Shown here: positions 32,425 to 43,562 of the stretch, one piece after another | How positions within the stretch are numbered: position 1 is the first letter of the stretch | Layout: every line of letters begins with the position of its first letter | From: an uncultured Methanosarcinaceae archaeon | GTDB lineage: Archaea > Halobacteriota > Methanosarcinia > Methanosarcinales > Methanosarcinaceae | NCBI GenBank assembly: GCA_963727895.1 | Contig: CAVSHT010000006.1 | Location: forward strand, 1 to 64,000 | Length of the DNA stretch: 64,000 bases | Reading direction: 5' to 3' | Program-made: the position numbers and the translations under genes | The notes under the pieces: generated by a model | The model's database searches: none | What the model was told of the DNA's origin: nothing | The model's input: the letters and a program-made list of their open reading frames with translations, nothing else

Positions 32425-34344
32425 TTAATAAAAGTCTAAACTTATGTTTTTCTGGCCAAGTACTTTTTTTAACTCTTCATAAGCTGTGAAAAGCTCTCTT
32501 TTTCTTCTTCCTATTGTTTCAACTGTAGGCTCGGCCTTGAGCCAGATATCCTTTTCTCCGCTTCCTCTTGTTATAGCTACACAGGAAAGCATATCTCCAT
32601 GGGTCAATCGATATACAGAATCAATTCCTGTAGGAGTTATCCAGGCAGGATAACTAATTTTAAGCCGTTCTGTTATGTCATGCCAGTTGAAATTTCCAGA
32701 AGCCCGGAGATTTAGCTGCAGGTGAGCGCGTTCTCCGGTAATCTTTTCATCAACATTTTTGAGGAAAGCGCTGTATGACTTATCTGCGTCACTAACTTCT
32801 TTTGCTTCGTAGAGAGCAAGTTCTTCGGCTTCTTCTTCGAAAAAGGGTGCAAGGTTGATTTTGCTCGAAGGTTTTGTCATCAGAGATACTCCGAAGAAAA
32901 CAATTGCACTCATGGCCATTCCAACAATAACTCCGTGACCTGTGAGAATAGGATTAATGGTTTCAAGATAATTAGTGGACAAAGGAGGTGTTTTTATAAG
33001 ATCCAGAGCCACAAGAACCGCCTGTACTAAAAATCCCACGATCATTCCTGCAAAAGCTCCTTCTTTAGTAGCTCTCTTCCAGTATAAGCCTCCCATTAAG
33101 GGGAAAAAGTAGGACGAGCTTGCAATGAAAGTTGCGATTTGAATAGCGTCCATAATATTTGGAATTACAAACGAACCTGCCGTTGCTGCAAGTATGATAG
33201 CTACGACACTGATTCTATTTACCGCAAGCATTTCTTTCATTGTGGCATCAGGCTTTATGTATCTCTGGAAAATGTCTCTGGAGACACAGGAGGCTCCTGA
33301 AGTTGAAAATGTATCAGTACAAGACATGGAAGCTGCCGCAAGCCCGATTGCACTTAAGGCTATTATCACAGGAGCAGAGGCGAAACGTGTCTTTACAAAA
33401 TTCAAGAGCGCAGATTCTGCCAGATCCATGCCTGCGGGAAAGCCCATTTTTGCGATATCAGGATATATAGAGTTGAAAGCTATTGCAATTACAGCGCAAG
33501 CTGCGAAGACAACAGTGAGCATGAGAGCACCGACTATCATTCCACGACTGGCAGATTTTGCATCTCTTGCAGCCCAGACTTTTTGCCAGGGGTCCTGCTC
33601 AGTAATCCATCCTGGGATTAAAGAAAAGCTAAGGATCATTATTAGAGGAATACCTATTGAAAAAGGATTCCACCAGCCTGCCGGAACGTGTCCAAAAAGT
33701 TGGGAAGCACTTATTGCAGTAGTATTAAGTCCTCCATCAGCTACTGTTCCTACTGAGGCAAAGGCTATTCCCACTGAAAAGAGGGCGAGAAAGGCAAACT
33801 GTATAACATCTGTCCATATTACTGCTGAAAGACCTCCCAAGGTTACGTATAGAGATACCGAAATTGCAATAATAGCTGCAGCATAGATGGGATCAAGGCC
33901 ATAAAATACCTGCAACACTAGAGAAAGTCCTGTAATGTCCGCTACTGAAAAAAGAGTCATTACAACAGTAATAATTACAGCAATTGGCAATCTTATTGCA
34001 CTACCATAACGTTGTTCTAAAAGTTCAGGTTGTGTGATTGCAGGCAGGCTTTTAATTTTTCTTACAAGTACAGCAATAACGAGGAGGGCAAGGATGTTAG
34101 GCGCCACAAATTCCCATATGGACCCCATTCCTCCTAGCATAAAATATCCGACAACTGCAAGAATTCCTCCTGCTGTCAACCATGACGCTGCAGCTGAAAA
34201 ACCGAGCGCTGCAGGTCCTATCATTCGGCCAGCAAGCCAGAAATCGGTAATCGATTTTTGTCTACTATTAAAATACCAGCTAATAGCCACAAGTATGGCT
34301 ATATAGGCTGCGAGCATTACAAGGAAAACAATATAACCTTCCAT
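32425..34344 (-). CDS. Sodium:solute symporter family transporter
   Basis: DFWLAGR, GFSAAASW, YVTLGGLSAVIWTD.IQ; many TM helices. Confidence 0.93.
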   Translation of the reverse strand: MEGYIVFLVMLAAYIAILVAISWYFNSRQKSITDFWLAGRMIGPAALGFSAAASWLTAGGILAVVGYFMLGGMGSIWEFVAPNILALLVIAVLVRKIKSLPAITQPELLEQRYGSAIRLPIAVIITVVMTLFSVADITGLSLVLQVFYGLDPIYAAAIIAISVSLYVTLGGLSAVIWTDVIQFAFLALFSVGIAFASVGTVADGGLNTTAISASQLFGHVPAGWWNPFSIGIPLIMILSFSLIPGWITEQDPWQKVWAARDAKSASRGMIVGALMLTVVFAACAVIAIAFNSIYPDIAKMGFPAGMDLAESALLNFVKTRFASAPVIIALSAIGLAAASMSCTDTFSTSGASCVSRDIFQRYIKPDATMKEMLAVNRISVVAIILAATAGSFVIPNIMDAIQIATFIASSSYFFPLMGGLYWKRATKEGAFAGMIVGFLVQAVLVALDLIKTPPLSTNYLETINPILTGHGVIVGMAMSAIVFFGVSLMTKPSSKINLAPFFEEEAEELALYEAKEVSDADKSYSAFLKNVDEKITGERAHLQLNLRASGNFNWHDITERLKISYPAWITPTGIDSVYRLTHGDMLSCVAITRGSGEKDIWLKAEPTVETIGRRKRELFTAYEELKKVLGQKNISLDFY

Positions 34345-34929
34345 AAATAATCCTTCAAAATAATTAACTGCTTATATAATCCTTTACTCAAAATTTCTAA
34401 AATATAATTCTTTTTCTTAAATATTACTTTTTATATATCCTTATTGTATTTATCTCATGAGTAAATGAATTTTTACTTTACTCTAATTTATTACTAACAT
34501 CTCTACGTTGTTGAATGGATTTTTCTTTCATTCCACGCAAGTTAACTTGTATTTAGGTACTTTTTAATTTAGTTCAAGCTTTATTGACCAAAAAATGAAA
34601 AATTTACTTTATGTCCAAGTGAAGTATTAAAACAATGATTGAAACAGATCAATGCAGAAGAATATTATAGCTTCATTTAGGACTAAGAACATAGTTTTAA
34701 GTAAAACTTCTGCACAATGCAGCATCAAGAACTCTTTACAAGTAAGGGTTATTAAAATCTGGATTCTGGGAGCTTTTGTTTAAGTAAAAGTTGACACTGC
34801 GGTGTTCCTCTTTAATGCCTTTATAACCCGACAATCTCCAGAGGAAACAGGTGTTTTCTTGGAGGTCTGTTCTGTGCTAAGTTTAAGGCAAACTCTATCC
34901 ATGTGCTATAAAGTAAAAGGTGAAAATCT

Positions 34930-35514
34930 GTGAAAGCAAGAACAAAGATTTGGTTTACGGAAGATGGAAAGACTGTTATGGGTGCTGGAAGAGCTATTTT
35001 ACTGAAGACAATAGAAGAAGAGCACTCACTTCGTAAAGCCTGTCTAAAACTTGGAATCTCATATAAACAAGCCTGGATAGTACTTAAAAAAATGAATGAA
35101 GCTCTTGGTGAACCTGCATTTATCACAGTACGTGGGGGAAAAAATCAGGGTACTTTCCTGACTGACTTGGGAAGAAAGTTGCTGGCTGAGTATGAGACCA
35201 GTAAACAGCTTGTCAATGAAACCATAGGGGATGAAACAGCATGGGAAAATATAAGTTTCAAATTGTCAGCCAGAAATCAATTACCTGGTAAAGTACGTGA
35301 AGTTGAAAAAAACGGGCTTGTTAGTAAGATTACAATTGAAATTGAACCTTCTGTTATAACTTCAGTTGTCACTGAGGAAGCTGTTAAAAAACTGAATATC
35401 AAGACTGGAGACAGGGTTTATGCTGTCATCAAATCGACTGAAGTAATGGTTGCAAAAATTGTCGGTGAAAAAAGACAGGACAGCGATTCAAAAGAAGTTG
35501 CTCAATCCGACTAA
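34930..35514 (+). CDS. modE: ModE-like molybdate-responsive regulator (wHTH + TOBE)
   Basis: SLRKAC..LGISYKQAW, RGG, then SARNQLPG...AVIKSTEV. Confidence 0.9.
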   Translation: MKARTKIWFTEDGKTVMGAGRAILLKTIEEEHSLRKACLKLGISYKQAWIVLKKMNEALGEPAFITVRGGKNQGTFLTDLGRKLLAEYETSKQLVNETIGDETAWENISFKLSARNQLPGKVREVEKNGLVSKITIEIEPSVITSVVTEEAVKKLNIKTGDRVYAVIKSTEVMVAKIVGEKRQDSDSKEVAQSD

Positions 35515-35725
35515 AAAATTTAACCTTAATTTCACTCATTTATAACTGAGTTTCGTGTTTCGATTTTTATCAAATTTAAATTCTTATTTATATTTTTGAA
35601 CCTTATATTTCTTTTTTTGAAATATGTCGTGCCGATATAGTGAATAGACTATTGGTACTCTAATTACACTTTTGGATTATCTGAATTCTAGTTCTTTATC
35701 ATAACATTTTTGTTGATGATAATTT

Positions 35726-36175
35726 TTATCTTTGTTCCTCCCCACGAACCACTAGGACCGGAACTTTTGAGTTTCTTACTACTTTTTCTGCAACGCTTCC
35801 CATTAAAAACCTATCAAACCCAGTTTTTCCCAGGGTACCCATTACTATCATGTCAATATTATTTTTCTCAGCAAAATCAATAATTTCTTTACTTGGGTGT
35901 CCTTCTAAAAGAACTTCTTTTACCTCGACTCCTGTAGCTTCTGCATACTCTTTAACTTTTAAAGTTGCCTTCTGTCCATCTTTTTTCAAGACTTCATGCA
36001 TTGTTTCCCTGCCTGCAGTCCAGCTTTGAGAAAGGGAAGATGTATCCACTACGTGAAGAGCATAAATTGTAGCTCCACTGAGTTTTGCAAGCTTAATACC
36101 GTAAGAAATAGCTTTAAGGCTATTTTCAGATCCATCTGTTGCAATTACTATATTTTGGCAAAAATCGCTAGTCAT
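35726..36175 (-). CDS. Universal stress protein
   Basis: IVIATDGS, IVMGTLGKTG...LMGSVAEKVVR. Confidence 0.95.
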   Translation of the reverse strand: MTSDFCQNIVIATDGSENSLKAISYGIKLAKLSGATIYALHVVDTSSLSQSWTAGRETMHEVLKKDGQKATLKVKEYAEATGVEVKEVLLEGHPSKEIIDFAEKNNIDMIVMGTLGKTGFDRFLMGSVAEKVVRNSKVPVLVVRGEEQR

Positions 36176-36308
36176 ATATTATTCTCCATTTACTTTCTGC
36201 ATAAACATGACAGAAAAATATCAACTATTTCCAAAAAAAGTTGTAGCCTTTTAAAAAGACTACTTTCATATTTTCTTTAGAGGTATTGTTGTAACTCAAA
36301 CCGCAGTT

Positions 36309-36719
36309 TTAATCACTGCTGTTCACTGTGATTGTACCTGAACTCATTGTGTGATTCATTGCTATAGCTCTTTTACGTACCTCATTACTTATATGAGTCC
36401 CGTTTTGAGTTATAGTAGTAATATTTCCATTTGTATTTTCAGTAATATTTTCAGTAACATTTTCAGTAACATTTTCACTCGCGCTTCCATTAGTTACTGT
36501 AGGTGTTACTGCAGGTGCAGACGTCTGTGGTGTTTCTACAGCTGAAGGCGTTTCTGCAGGTGTAGTATTTACCTGTTCTGAAGAATTCTGAGTTTGGGGT
36601 TGAGTTTGGGGTTGAGTTTGATTTTCTGCATTATTTGTTGTCTTTCCAGCACAACCAGCTGCAAATACAACAGCAGCAACAACAAGAATCATTGCTACCA
36701 TTTTTAACATTTTTTCCAT
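36309..36719 (-). CDS. Low-complexity predicted lipoprotein
   Basis: Lipobox FAAGC; QTQP and TENV/I repeats; many NxT sequons. Confidence 0.8.
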   Translation of the reverse strand: MEKMLKMVAMILVVAAVVFAAGCAGKTTNNAENQTQPQTQPQTQNSSEQVNTTPAETPSAVETPQTSAPAVTPTVTNGSASENVTENVTENITENTNGNITTITQNGTHISNEVRKRAIAMNHTMSSGTITVNSSD

Positions 36720-36913
36720 TGCACTTACCTCCTAAATTCTCTTTTTTAGGCTCTGCAGAAATCCCCTTTAATAAAGAACTCCTTTAACTTGAACCTTTCC
36801 AATCTTTTGGAATTGATTTAGATAGAGTATTTTCTACAAGCCATTTTTATTCATCTTTCATCGTGAAATTTTGCCTCGATATTTATTTATGGAATTTTTC
36901 GGGTTCTTTATCC

Positions 36914-37990
36914 TCATTCCTGTTTCTTTTTTCTTAATGCAATAAAACAGGCTGCAAGAGCCACAAATGTCATACCCGTTCCCAGTTCAAATCCTGGAAG
37001 TGAACTTTTTTCAGGCGATACTTTCGTGTTTATTTTAACACTGTCTGAAACCTGGTCATGTCCCTCAGTATCCTCATAAAGGATTTCACTGTCCAGCGAA
37101 TATGGTTTTGGCGTTGCAGTACTATCTGTAGATATATCAAAAGCTGCAACCGCGCTCTCTCCTGGTTGCAAATTACCCAGGTATGCCTGATCATCAGTTG
37201 TGCTGAATGGATCACTGGCAGTTACTCTTACAGTTGCATCCTTTGCAGGTTCTTCCCCTGTATTTTTATAAGTAACATATATTGTACTCTCTTTATTCGG
37301 GTAAAGATCTCCTGTTACATTCGTCACCTCAAAGTAAGGTTCTTTTTTAACCGTGACCATTATTGTCTGGTTCTGAGTTTTATTTTCATACCAAATACCT
37401 ACTCCCTCATTAGTCACGAGCCCAGTAGTAGGATCATACTCATCTCCATCAGCCTGCATATTGTTCTGGTACTGGTACGAAAGCTGTATATTCAAAGGAT
37501 ATGTGCCTGCAGGAGCGTTTTTACTAACTTCGAGAGTAAATTGTGAGGGATATACGCTTTGTCCTCCCTGTATCAGGCTACCTGCTTCCTGAGGACCTGA
37601 TTTTACCTTTATATTTGAATTGTTAGATGTCAAAGTCGCAAGAATACCATCAGCCGTTGTAGTCTGAGTCTCGTATTTCATCTCAGTCTGTTGCAGCACT
37701 GTATCAAGCGTGCTGTCAGAATCTTTTTCTGATTTGAAGCCCTCAATCACTCCTTTATTCATTAATCCGATATTCAGAGTAACAGTATCTCCTCTGGAAT
37801 ACTCGGTATCTCCAATTGGAGTTGCCTCGATATTTGGCCCTCCGTAAACGGTGTAAAAGTTTTTACCGAAATCAAAATATGCTGGTAATGCCGCCTGTAC
37901 AGGCATTGTTGCTAGCACTAACATAAGAAGAATTGCAGCCGCAGAGATACTTCTTCTTTTAATCATTCTCATCACCTGAATCATTTTCAC
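36914..37990 (-). CDS. COG1361 S-layer-domain protein with PGF-type C-terminal anchor (start may be a few codons downstream)
   Basis: Signal peptide, LGNLQPGES, terminal LPGFE-TM-RKKK. Confidence 0.85.
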   Translation of the reverse strand: MKMIQVMRMIKRRSISAAAILLMLVLATMPVQAALPAYFDFGKNFYTVYGGPNIEATPIGDTEYSRGDTVTLNIGLMNKGVIEGFKSEKDSDSTLDTVLQQTEMKYETQTTTADGILATLTSNNSNIKVKSGPQEAGSLIQGGQSVYPSQFTLEVSKNAPAGTYPLNIQLSYQYQNNMQADGDEYDPTTGLVTNEGVGIWYENKTQNQTIMVTVKKEPYFEVTNVTGDLYPNKESTIYVTYKNTGEEPAKDATVRVTASDPFSTTDDQAYLGNLQPGESAVAAFDISTDSTATPKPYSLDSEILYEDTEGHDQVSDSVKINTKVSPEKSSLPGFELGTGMTFVALAACFIALRKKKQE

Positions 37991-39104
37991 TATAGTTTTT
38001 CCTGTTCCGGAGCACCTTTATAATCTGGTATACAAAGACAAGGACCAGTAATATCCCAATTATCATCGTTGTGCTGAATTTAGATTCTGTTTTTTCAATT
38101 GGCATGTCAACTTTCATATTATTGGAAAACTGTGTTTTCCCTTCAGCATCAATGTACTTCACTTCACTGTCAACACCGTAATTTTTCACCACTGCATCAG
38201 ATTCAGCCGTAATATTGAATGACACTGTCTGGCTTTCCCCTGGTCCTATTGTTCCTAGCCTGGCAGCTGACTTTGTGGTGCTTAGTGGTTTCATAACAAC
38301 AATCTTTGCCTGTGAATCTTCAGCTGAAATTTCTCCAATATTTGTGTAAGTAACATTAATCATACCTGTTGAACCCTGTTTTAGAGTTCCCGAAACCTTA
38401 CTTATCTCAAACTTTGGTTCTTTTTTAATTGATATGTGAAGAGGAAGAGCAATGTTTCTTACCGAGTATTCTTTTGTGAATGCTACACTATCCGAACTCA
38501 GTCCAATAGCCACAGCATTTGCCGTATCTGTACGGACATTGCTCTGGTACTGATAAGTTATCGGAAGATTTAGTTCATAATCTCCTGCAGGCGTATCATC
38601 ATCAATACGTATTGTGAAGATTACTGGGTATATATATCCAGTTTTAAGTTCATCTACAGTCTGGGGAGTTGTTGTGGAGTCGACATGAATGTACTTCGAT
38701 TCCGAGGTTAGATTCGCCTTGATACCTTTTGCTGTTGTACAGTTCAGTTCCTGATTCATCTCCGCAGCAGCAATTAACTCCTCTTTAGAATTCGGAATCA
38801 GGCTCTGATTTACATTCAGAGGTTTCAGTCCCTGTATCATGCCCTTATTCATAAGCATAATCTGAATGTTTGCAACTTCTCCCCTCTGAAATTCAGAATC
38901 TCCTATAACAGATGCTTGAATATCTGGCTCTCCATAGCTTCTATAATAGTCCACTGTAAACCCGTTCCCTGGAATCAGGAAATCTCCTATATTTGAACTT
39001 CCAAGAACTGGAGACACAGTTATTGAGAGAATTGAAAGGAGAACTGCAGTTAAAACAAATGTTGTAACTAACTTCTCTGGTACATCTTTCTGGGGTTTAT
39101 TCAT
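37959..39104 (-). CDS. COG1361 S-layer-domain protein
   Basis: Paralog of the downstream gene (GDSEFQRGE, YQYQ, KKEP.FE, LGTIGPGES); C-terminal TM. Confidence 0.85.
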   Translation of the reverse strand: MNKPQKDVPEKLVTTFVLTAVLLSILSITVSPVLGSSNIGDFLIPGNGFTVDYYRSYGEPDIQASVIGDSEFQRGEVANIQIMLMNKGMIQGLKPLNVNQSLIPNSKEELIAAAEMNQELNCTTAKGIKANLTSESKYIHVDSTTTPQTVDELKTGYIYPVIFTIRIDDDTPAGDYELNLPITYQYQSNVRTDTANAVAIGLSSDSVAFTKEYSVRNIALPLHISIKKEPKFEISKVSGTLKQGSTGMINVTYTNIGEISAEDSQAKIVVMKPLSTTKSAARLGTIGPGESQTVSFNITAESDAVVKNYGVDSEVKYIDAEGKTQFSNNMKVDMPIEKTESKFSTTMIIGILLVLVFVYQIIKVLRNRKNYSENDSGDEND

Positions 39105-41422
39105 TGTATCTCAGCCCCTGTGCTCATTTTTGAGTTTTCTAATACATGCACTCCTCTTTTCTTTTCCCTCCATGAGTCCAGTATGATAATTAAAGGTGGG
39201 AATACCGTGAAGGTTGCAACGAGGACAAGCACAATATCAATAACTGTCACTTTCCCAAAATCACTGACAATAGGAAATGGAGAAGCTATCAAAGCTGCAA
39301 ACCCGAAAACAACTGTGGCTCCCGAGGCAATAAGGGCAGCCCCGATACTTGCAGACGTCTTATGTATAGCTTCCATAGGACTGGCTCCATTATCCTTTTC
39401 TTCAAAGTATCTTTCCATCATCAGGATTGAGTACTCACATCCTATTCCAAGAATCAGTGCACCCATGGTTGCGGTCATAGGAGTATAGTCAAGTTTCAGG
39501 TAAGTCATTACCAATCCAGACCACCCGGTTACCATAAACATTGGGATAATCGGAACAAGAGCCTTTATCCAATTCCTGTAAACAATGAGAAGACCGCCAA
39601 GTACCAGGATAAGTCCAATGTAAGTCATTTTCACTCTTCCACTTGTAAGAGCATCTATAACTTGAGTGTAGACCATGGTGCTTCCGGTAATAGTTACTGT
39701 AGTACCCGGAGGAACTTGCATCCATTGAATATCCTGCTTTACAATATTGGTCAAATCCTTAATTCCGGTCATCTTTATATTGTTCTGGGCATTACCAATG
39801 TTTAGAGACAACTGAAGCATGTTTTTTCCGTAAATGTATTGGGATTTCTGTGATTCCGGAATTTTTTCATATATAGCTTCAATCTCATCACGGCTGTCTG
39901 GAATTGTGCCGTTATTATATTGTTTTACAAGAGTTACAATGCTTGAAGCATTGTAAATATGATCTCTTTGAATCTCATGTTCGCTGAACTTATCCATCCA
40001 CTTCAGAATATTTGGGTCAGCGTTGTCGTTAACCTTTATAATTAGATTAAGCTGATCGGTTCCACCCATGATCTCCTTTAGATGGTTTAAGTCTAAAAGA
40101 GAAGGCATTTCCTGAGGAACAAATTTATGAACGTCGGTCTGGATGCCCACTGATTCATCGGCATAGAGACCTCCAATGCAGAGTAAAGCTGCAACTCCGA
40201 TAACAATTACATTGTACTTTATTGTAGTATCAGTAAGTTTTCGGATGAGATCTCCTATTAACCGGGATTTTGGTTTCTTTGGTGAGGCATTTTCGATTTC
40301 GATTCCTTCCTTTTTCTTTCTCTTTTCTGAGATATTGTCAAAAAGAGAAACAGTTGTTACGCCTACAAAAAGAGCTGCAAGGTAGCACATTACTATGCCG
40401 ATTGTGAGAAGTTTCCCAAAATCCTTAATCATTGGAACTGTAGATGTAAATAAGGAAACGAAACCAAGACCAGTCATTGTAAGGGCTATAAGGACTGCAG
40501 GTCCAGTATGTTTTACTGTTCTTATAATAGCTTTAGATTTATCTCCGTCTTTATGCAATTCTTCTTCAATCCTGTTATGAAACTGAATTGCATAATCGAT
40601 GCCAAGCCCTATCAATACCGGAAACGCTGCCATTGAAACCATAGTCATAGGAATTCCCAGAAAGCCCATGGCTCCAAAAGTGTATATAATTCCAAGGAGA
40701 ACAATAGGTAAAGGCAGCCATCTCCAGCGTACATGTCCGAAGACTATGAACAGTACGATAAGCATAAACAAGCCAGCAAGCCCTAGCAAAGGTCCCATGC
40801 TTGAAGTTATCTGGTTGTTCATTGCAATCATGAAAGCAGGGTCACCTGTAACTCTGATTTCATATCCCGGAGGAAAATCAGCAAGTTTGACAGCATCTTG
40901 TGCAGCTTGCAATACTTCTTTTTTCTTGTCATCTGTTACAGATCCACTCATCCCTATAGAAACTACCGTGTGTGTATTGTCAGGCATCAATTGTCCGAAT
41001 ATGCTGGGATATCCATCAATAATTTTCTTGACATCTGCATCTGTATCCGGTATCTGGGATCGACCTGTCATTTTATAGTTTATTACCTTTATATAATCAG
41101 CAGGACTTGTTGTCGTTTCAACTCCTTCAGTAGAGTTAAGCTGATATTCAAGCCGATCCATAGCTTGCATTAACTTTGCGGACCTTACGTCATTACCTTC
41201 TACCAGCACTATGACAGATTGAGTCCCAAATAAGCTTTCGTAAAGGTGATGATAGTCCTGGTACACCTGAGAGTCTTTACTGACAAAAGTGTCTGTTCCT
41301 GATGCCATAGTGATTTTTTGTGCACCCTGGAATGATAACAAGATGAGAAGGAAAAAGACCACTAGTATGGTCAAACGGTTATTCTGAATGAATACCCCAA
41401 GTTTTTCAAAAACGTTCTTAAT
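39101..41422 (-). CDS. RND/MMPL (HAE3-type) transporter; possible ATT start at 41422
   Basis: GLGIDYAI and GIGCEYSI motifs in duplicated halves; frame open 16 codons upstream of TTG 41374. Confidence 0.92.
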   Translation of the reverse strand: MKNVFEKLGVFIQNNRLTILVVFFLLILLSFQGAQKITMASGTDTFVSKDSQVYQDYHHLYESLFGTQSVIVLVEGNDVRSAKLMQAMDRLEYQLNSTEGVETTTSPADYIKVINYKMTGRSQIPDTDADVKKIIDGYPSIFGQLMPDNTHTVVSIGMSGSVTDDKKKEVLQAAQDAVKLADFPPGYEIRVTGDPAFMIAMNNQITSSMGPLLGLAGLFMLIVLFIVFGHVRWRWLPLPIVLLGIIYTFGAMGFLGIPMTMVSMAAFPVLIGLGIDYAIQFHNRIEEELHKDGDKSKAIIRTVKHTGPAVLIALTMTGLGFVSLFTSTVPMIKDFGKLLTIGIVMCYLAALFVGVTTVSLFDNISEKRKKKEGIEIENASPKKPKSRLIGDLIRKLTDTTIKYNVIVIGVAALLCIGGLYADESVGIQTDVHKFVPQEMPSLLDLNHLKEIMGGTDQLNLIIKVNDNADPNILKWMDKFSEHEIQRDHIYNASSIVTLVKQYNNGTIPDSRDEIEAIYEKIPESQKSQYIYGKNMLQLSLNIGNAQNNIKMTGIKDLTNIVKQDIQWMQVPPGTTVTITGSTMVYTQVIDALTSGRVKMTYIGLILVLGGLLIVYRNWIKALVPIIPMFMVTGWSGLVMTYLKLDYTPMTATMGALILGIGCEYSILMMERYFEEKDNGASPMEAIHKTSASIGAALIASGATVVFGFAALIASPFPIVSDFGKVTVIDIVLVLVATFTVFPPLIIILDSWREKKRGVHVLENSKMSTGAEIQ

Positions 41423-41790
41423 GGCAGATTCCTCTCATTATCCTTTTAATATATTCTAAAATACGTTTATTTGTCGTAATAATTATTTATTTCTCTATTA
41501 TAAAGACGCATTTTTCCTTTTGTTTTTTAACCCCTCTTTAAATTATGAAACTAAGTTAAAAATGAAGTTATAATCATAAAACTCAATTACTGATCTGAAA
41601 TTTCTAATTTTTTATCTAATGTGTATGTGAGTTTATGTGTAGAGTTTATCACAGACCTCATTAGTTAGTAATATTTCATATTTCACAGACACTTTAACAT
41701 CTTCAATCTGTAACTTTATGTTTACTTAATTCTCTAATTCGGTCTGATTTCTACTGGAGATAGGTAATAAACAGAAAAGATTTAAATCTA

Positions 41791-41811
41791 TTGTTACTAT
41801 AGGGGTAACAA
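41791..41811. promoter_or_regulatory. Inverted repeat abutting the TrmB-gene start (candidate operator)
   Basis: TTGTTAC-N7-GTAACAA, just after AGATTTAAATCT. Confidence 0.5.
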
Positions 41812-42582
41812 ATGTTTTCGCAAATTAATCCCCAATTAATTCCAAATCTTGAGAAGCTTGGACTAACCGAAAATGAAGCCAAGGCGTATGTAGGGCTTGT
41901 CAGTTTGGGAGAAGCTACAGCTCGCGAAATTCATGATCTTACAAATGTTCCGAGAGCCAAAGTGTATGAAATTCTTAAAATGCTCGCGAAAAAAGGTTAT
42001 CTGGAAGTAAGACAAGGGTCGCCAACGTATTTTCGAGCAGTTGACCCCAAGAAGGTAATTGGAGAAATAAGAGAAGAATTCTTGAACTGCGCAATCGAAA
42101 CCCTTGATCAGCTCAACGAATTAAGTTATGAACTTCCAAAAACTTCTCCTGTATGGTATATCCAGAGTGACTGGGGAATGAAGAACAGAATACGTGAAAT
42201 CATGGGTGGAGTTAAAGAAGAATTGATTATTTTCTCTTCCAATCCTGAGTTTCTAAAGGAGTTTGAATCGGAGATACAAAAACTGGAAAAAACCTGCAAT
42301 TTAACTCTTATCGTTGATGAACTGGAGAGCTTCAAATCACTGCCTTTTAAGTTAAGAGAAACAAATAAAGAGTTCACGGATTTCATGAACAACATTGTAA
42401 TTGATGGCATTCAATATAAAGAAGAATTTTTTATGATTGCTGATGGAAAGGAATCAATAGGGGTTCACAGTGCAGGAAATAAAAGGGAAGCAGTGATAAT
42501 CAAACTACCTATTGTTTCGTATATGCAGAAAATGATCTATGAGAGGGTGCTTGAGCCAAGTTTTGTCAAAAAAGGCAACTAA
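41812..42582 (+). CDS. TrmB-family transcriptional regulator
   Basis: LGLTENEAKAY..L, VPRAKVYEIL..L..KG, YFRAVDP. Confidence 0.92.
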   Translation: MFSQINPQLIPNLEKLGLTENEAKAYVGLVSLGEATAREIHDLTNVPRAKVYEILKMLAKKGYLEVRQGSPTYFRAVDPKKVIGEIREEFLNCAIETLDQLNELSYELPKTSPVWYIQSDWGMKNRIREIMGGVKEELIIFSSNPEFLKEFESEIQKLEKTCNLTLIVDELESFKSLPFKLRETNKEFTDFMNNIVIDGIQYKEEFFMIADGKESIGVHSAGNKREAVIIKLPIVSYMQKMIYERVLEPSFVKKGN

Positions 42583-42826
42583 CTAGCTTAGAGGACCAAA
42601 TTAAATTAGAAAATCATAATTCCCCAATTTTTTTAAGAGACTTCTTCATGCTTGTGAGCAGCTTGTGAGTATTATCGAAACATGAATTTGCGGCTTTTTT
42701 AGAGGGTTTTCTCTTTTAAAATATAATATCGGATAGTATTAATCGGAAAACAATCATTCTATAGATATATCTTGAAATAATCTTTCTATAAAGTTTTTCT
42801 TACGAACTCAATTATGGAGATCACAG

Positions 42827-43498
42827 GTGTGTGAAATGAACAGTGTAAAGATTGGAAGCGTTACTATTGAGTGGTTGGGACATTCTGGTTCTTTACTTGA
42901 TGGGGACGGGAAAAATATTTATATTGATCCTTTCGATCTCAGTGAAGAGCCAGATTTTGATGATAAAGCCGATATCCTGTTGATTACCCATGAGCACTTT
43001 GACCACTGCAGTCCTGAAGATATAAAAAAGGTCAGGCGATCGGATTCAACCACCTTGATCCCTGAGAATTTGTCTCTTCAATTCAAAGGGGATGCGAAGC
43101 GGATTGCTGAAGGGGATGTGCTGGCTGATGGGCTTGAAATTAAGGGAACACGAATTGAGGTAGTTCCTGCTTATAATATCAATAAACAATATCATCCTCG
43201 TGGATTTGGAGTGGGATATATAGTGGAGCTTGGAGGGCTCAGGATTTACCATGCAGGAGACTGTGATTTCTTCCCTGAAATGAAACAGATCAGGGCTGAT
43301 GTAGCTCTTTTGCCTATCGGAGGCACTTATACTATGGACGAAGAAGAGGCAGCAAATGCGGTTGTGGCTATATCCCCTAAATTTGTAATTCCAATGCATT
43401 ACGGGAAACAAGAAATAACGGATGGAGATCCCGAAAAGTTTAAAGCTCTTGTGAACGCCAAGAATCCTAATATCAATGTGATTATTCTTAATTCTTGA
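42827..43498 (+). CDS. Metallo-beta-lactamase-fold hydrolase
   Basis: WLGHS, THEHFDH, YHAGD, LLPIGG, IPMHY. Confidence 0.92.
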   Translation: MCEMNSVKIGSVTIEWLGHSGSLLDGDGKNIYIDPFDLSEEPDFDDKADILLITHEHFDHCSPEDIKKVRRSDSTTLIPENLSLQFKGDAKRIAEGDVLADGLEIKGTRIEVVPAYNINKQYHPRGFGVGYIVELGGLRIYHAGDCDFFPEMKQIRADVALLPIGGTYTMDEEEAANAVVAISPKFVIPMHYGKQEITDGDPEKFKALVNAKNPNINVIILNS

Positions 43499-43562
43499 TC
43501 TCAATTTTTATAGAAGCTTCAAGGATTTAATTTCAAGGCAAAAAAGCAGGACCAGCTTATCC

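Noticed and set aside
33194..33886. 230-aa ORF on the + strand
   Set aside because: Antisense shadow of the sodium:solute symporter.
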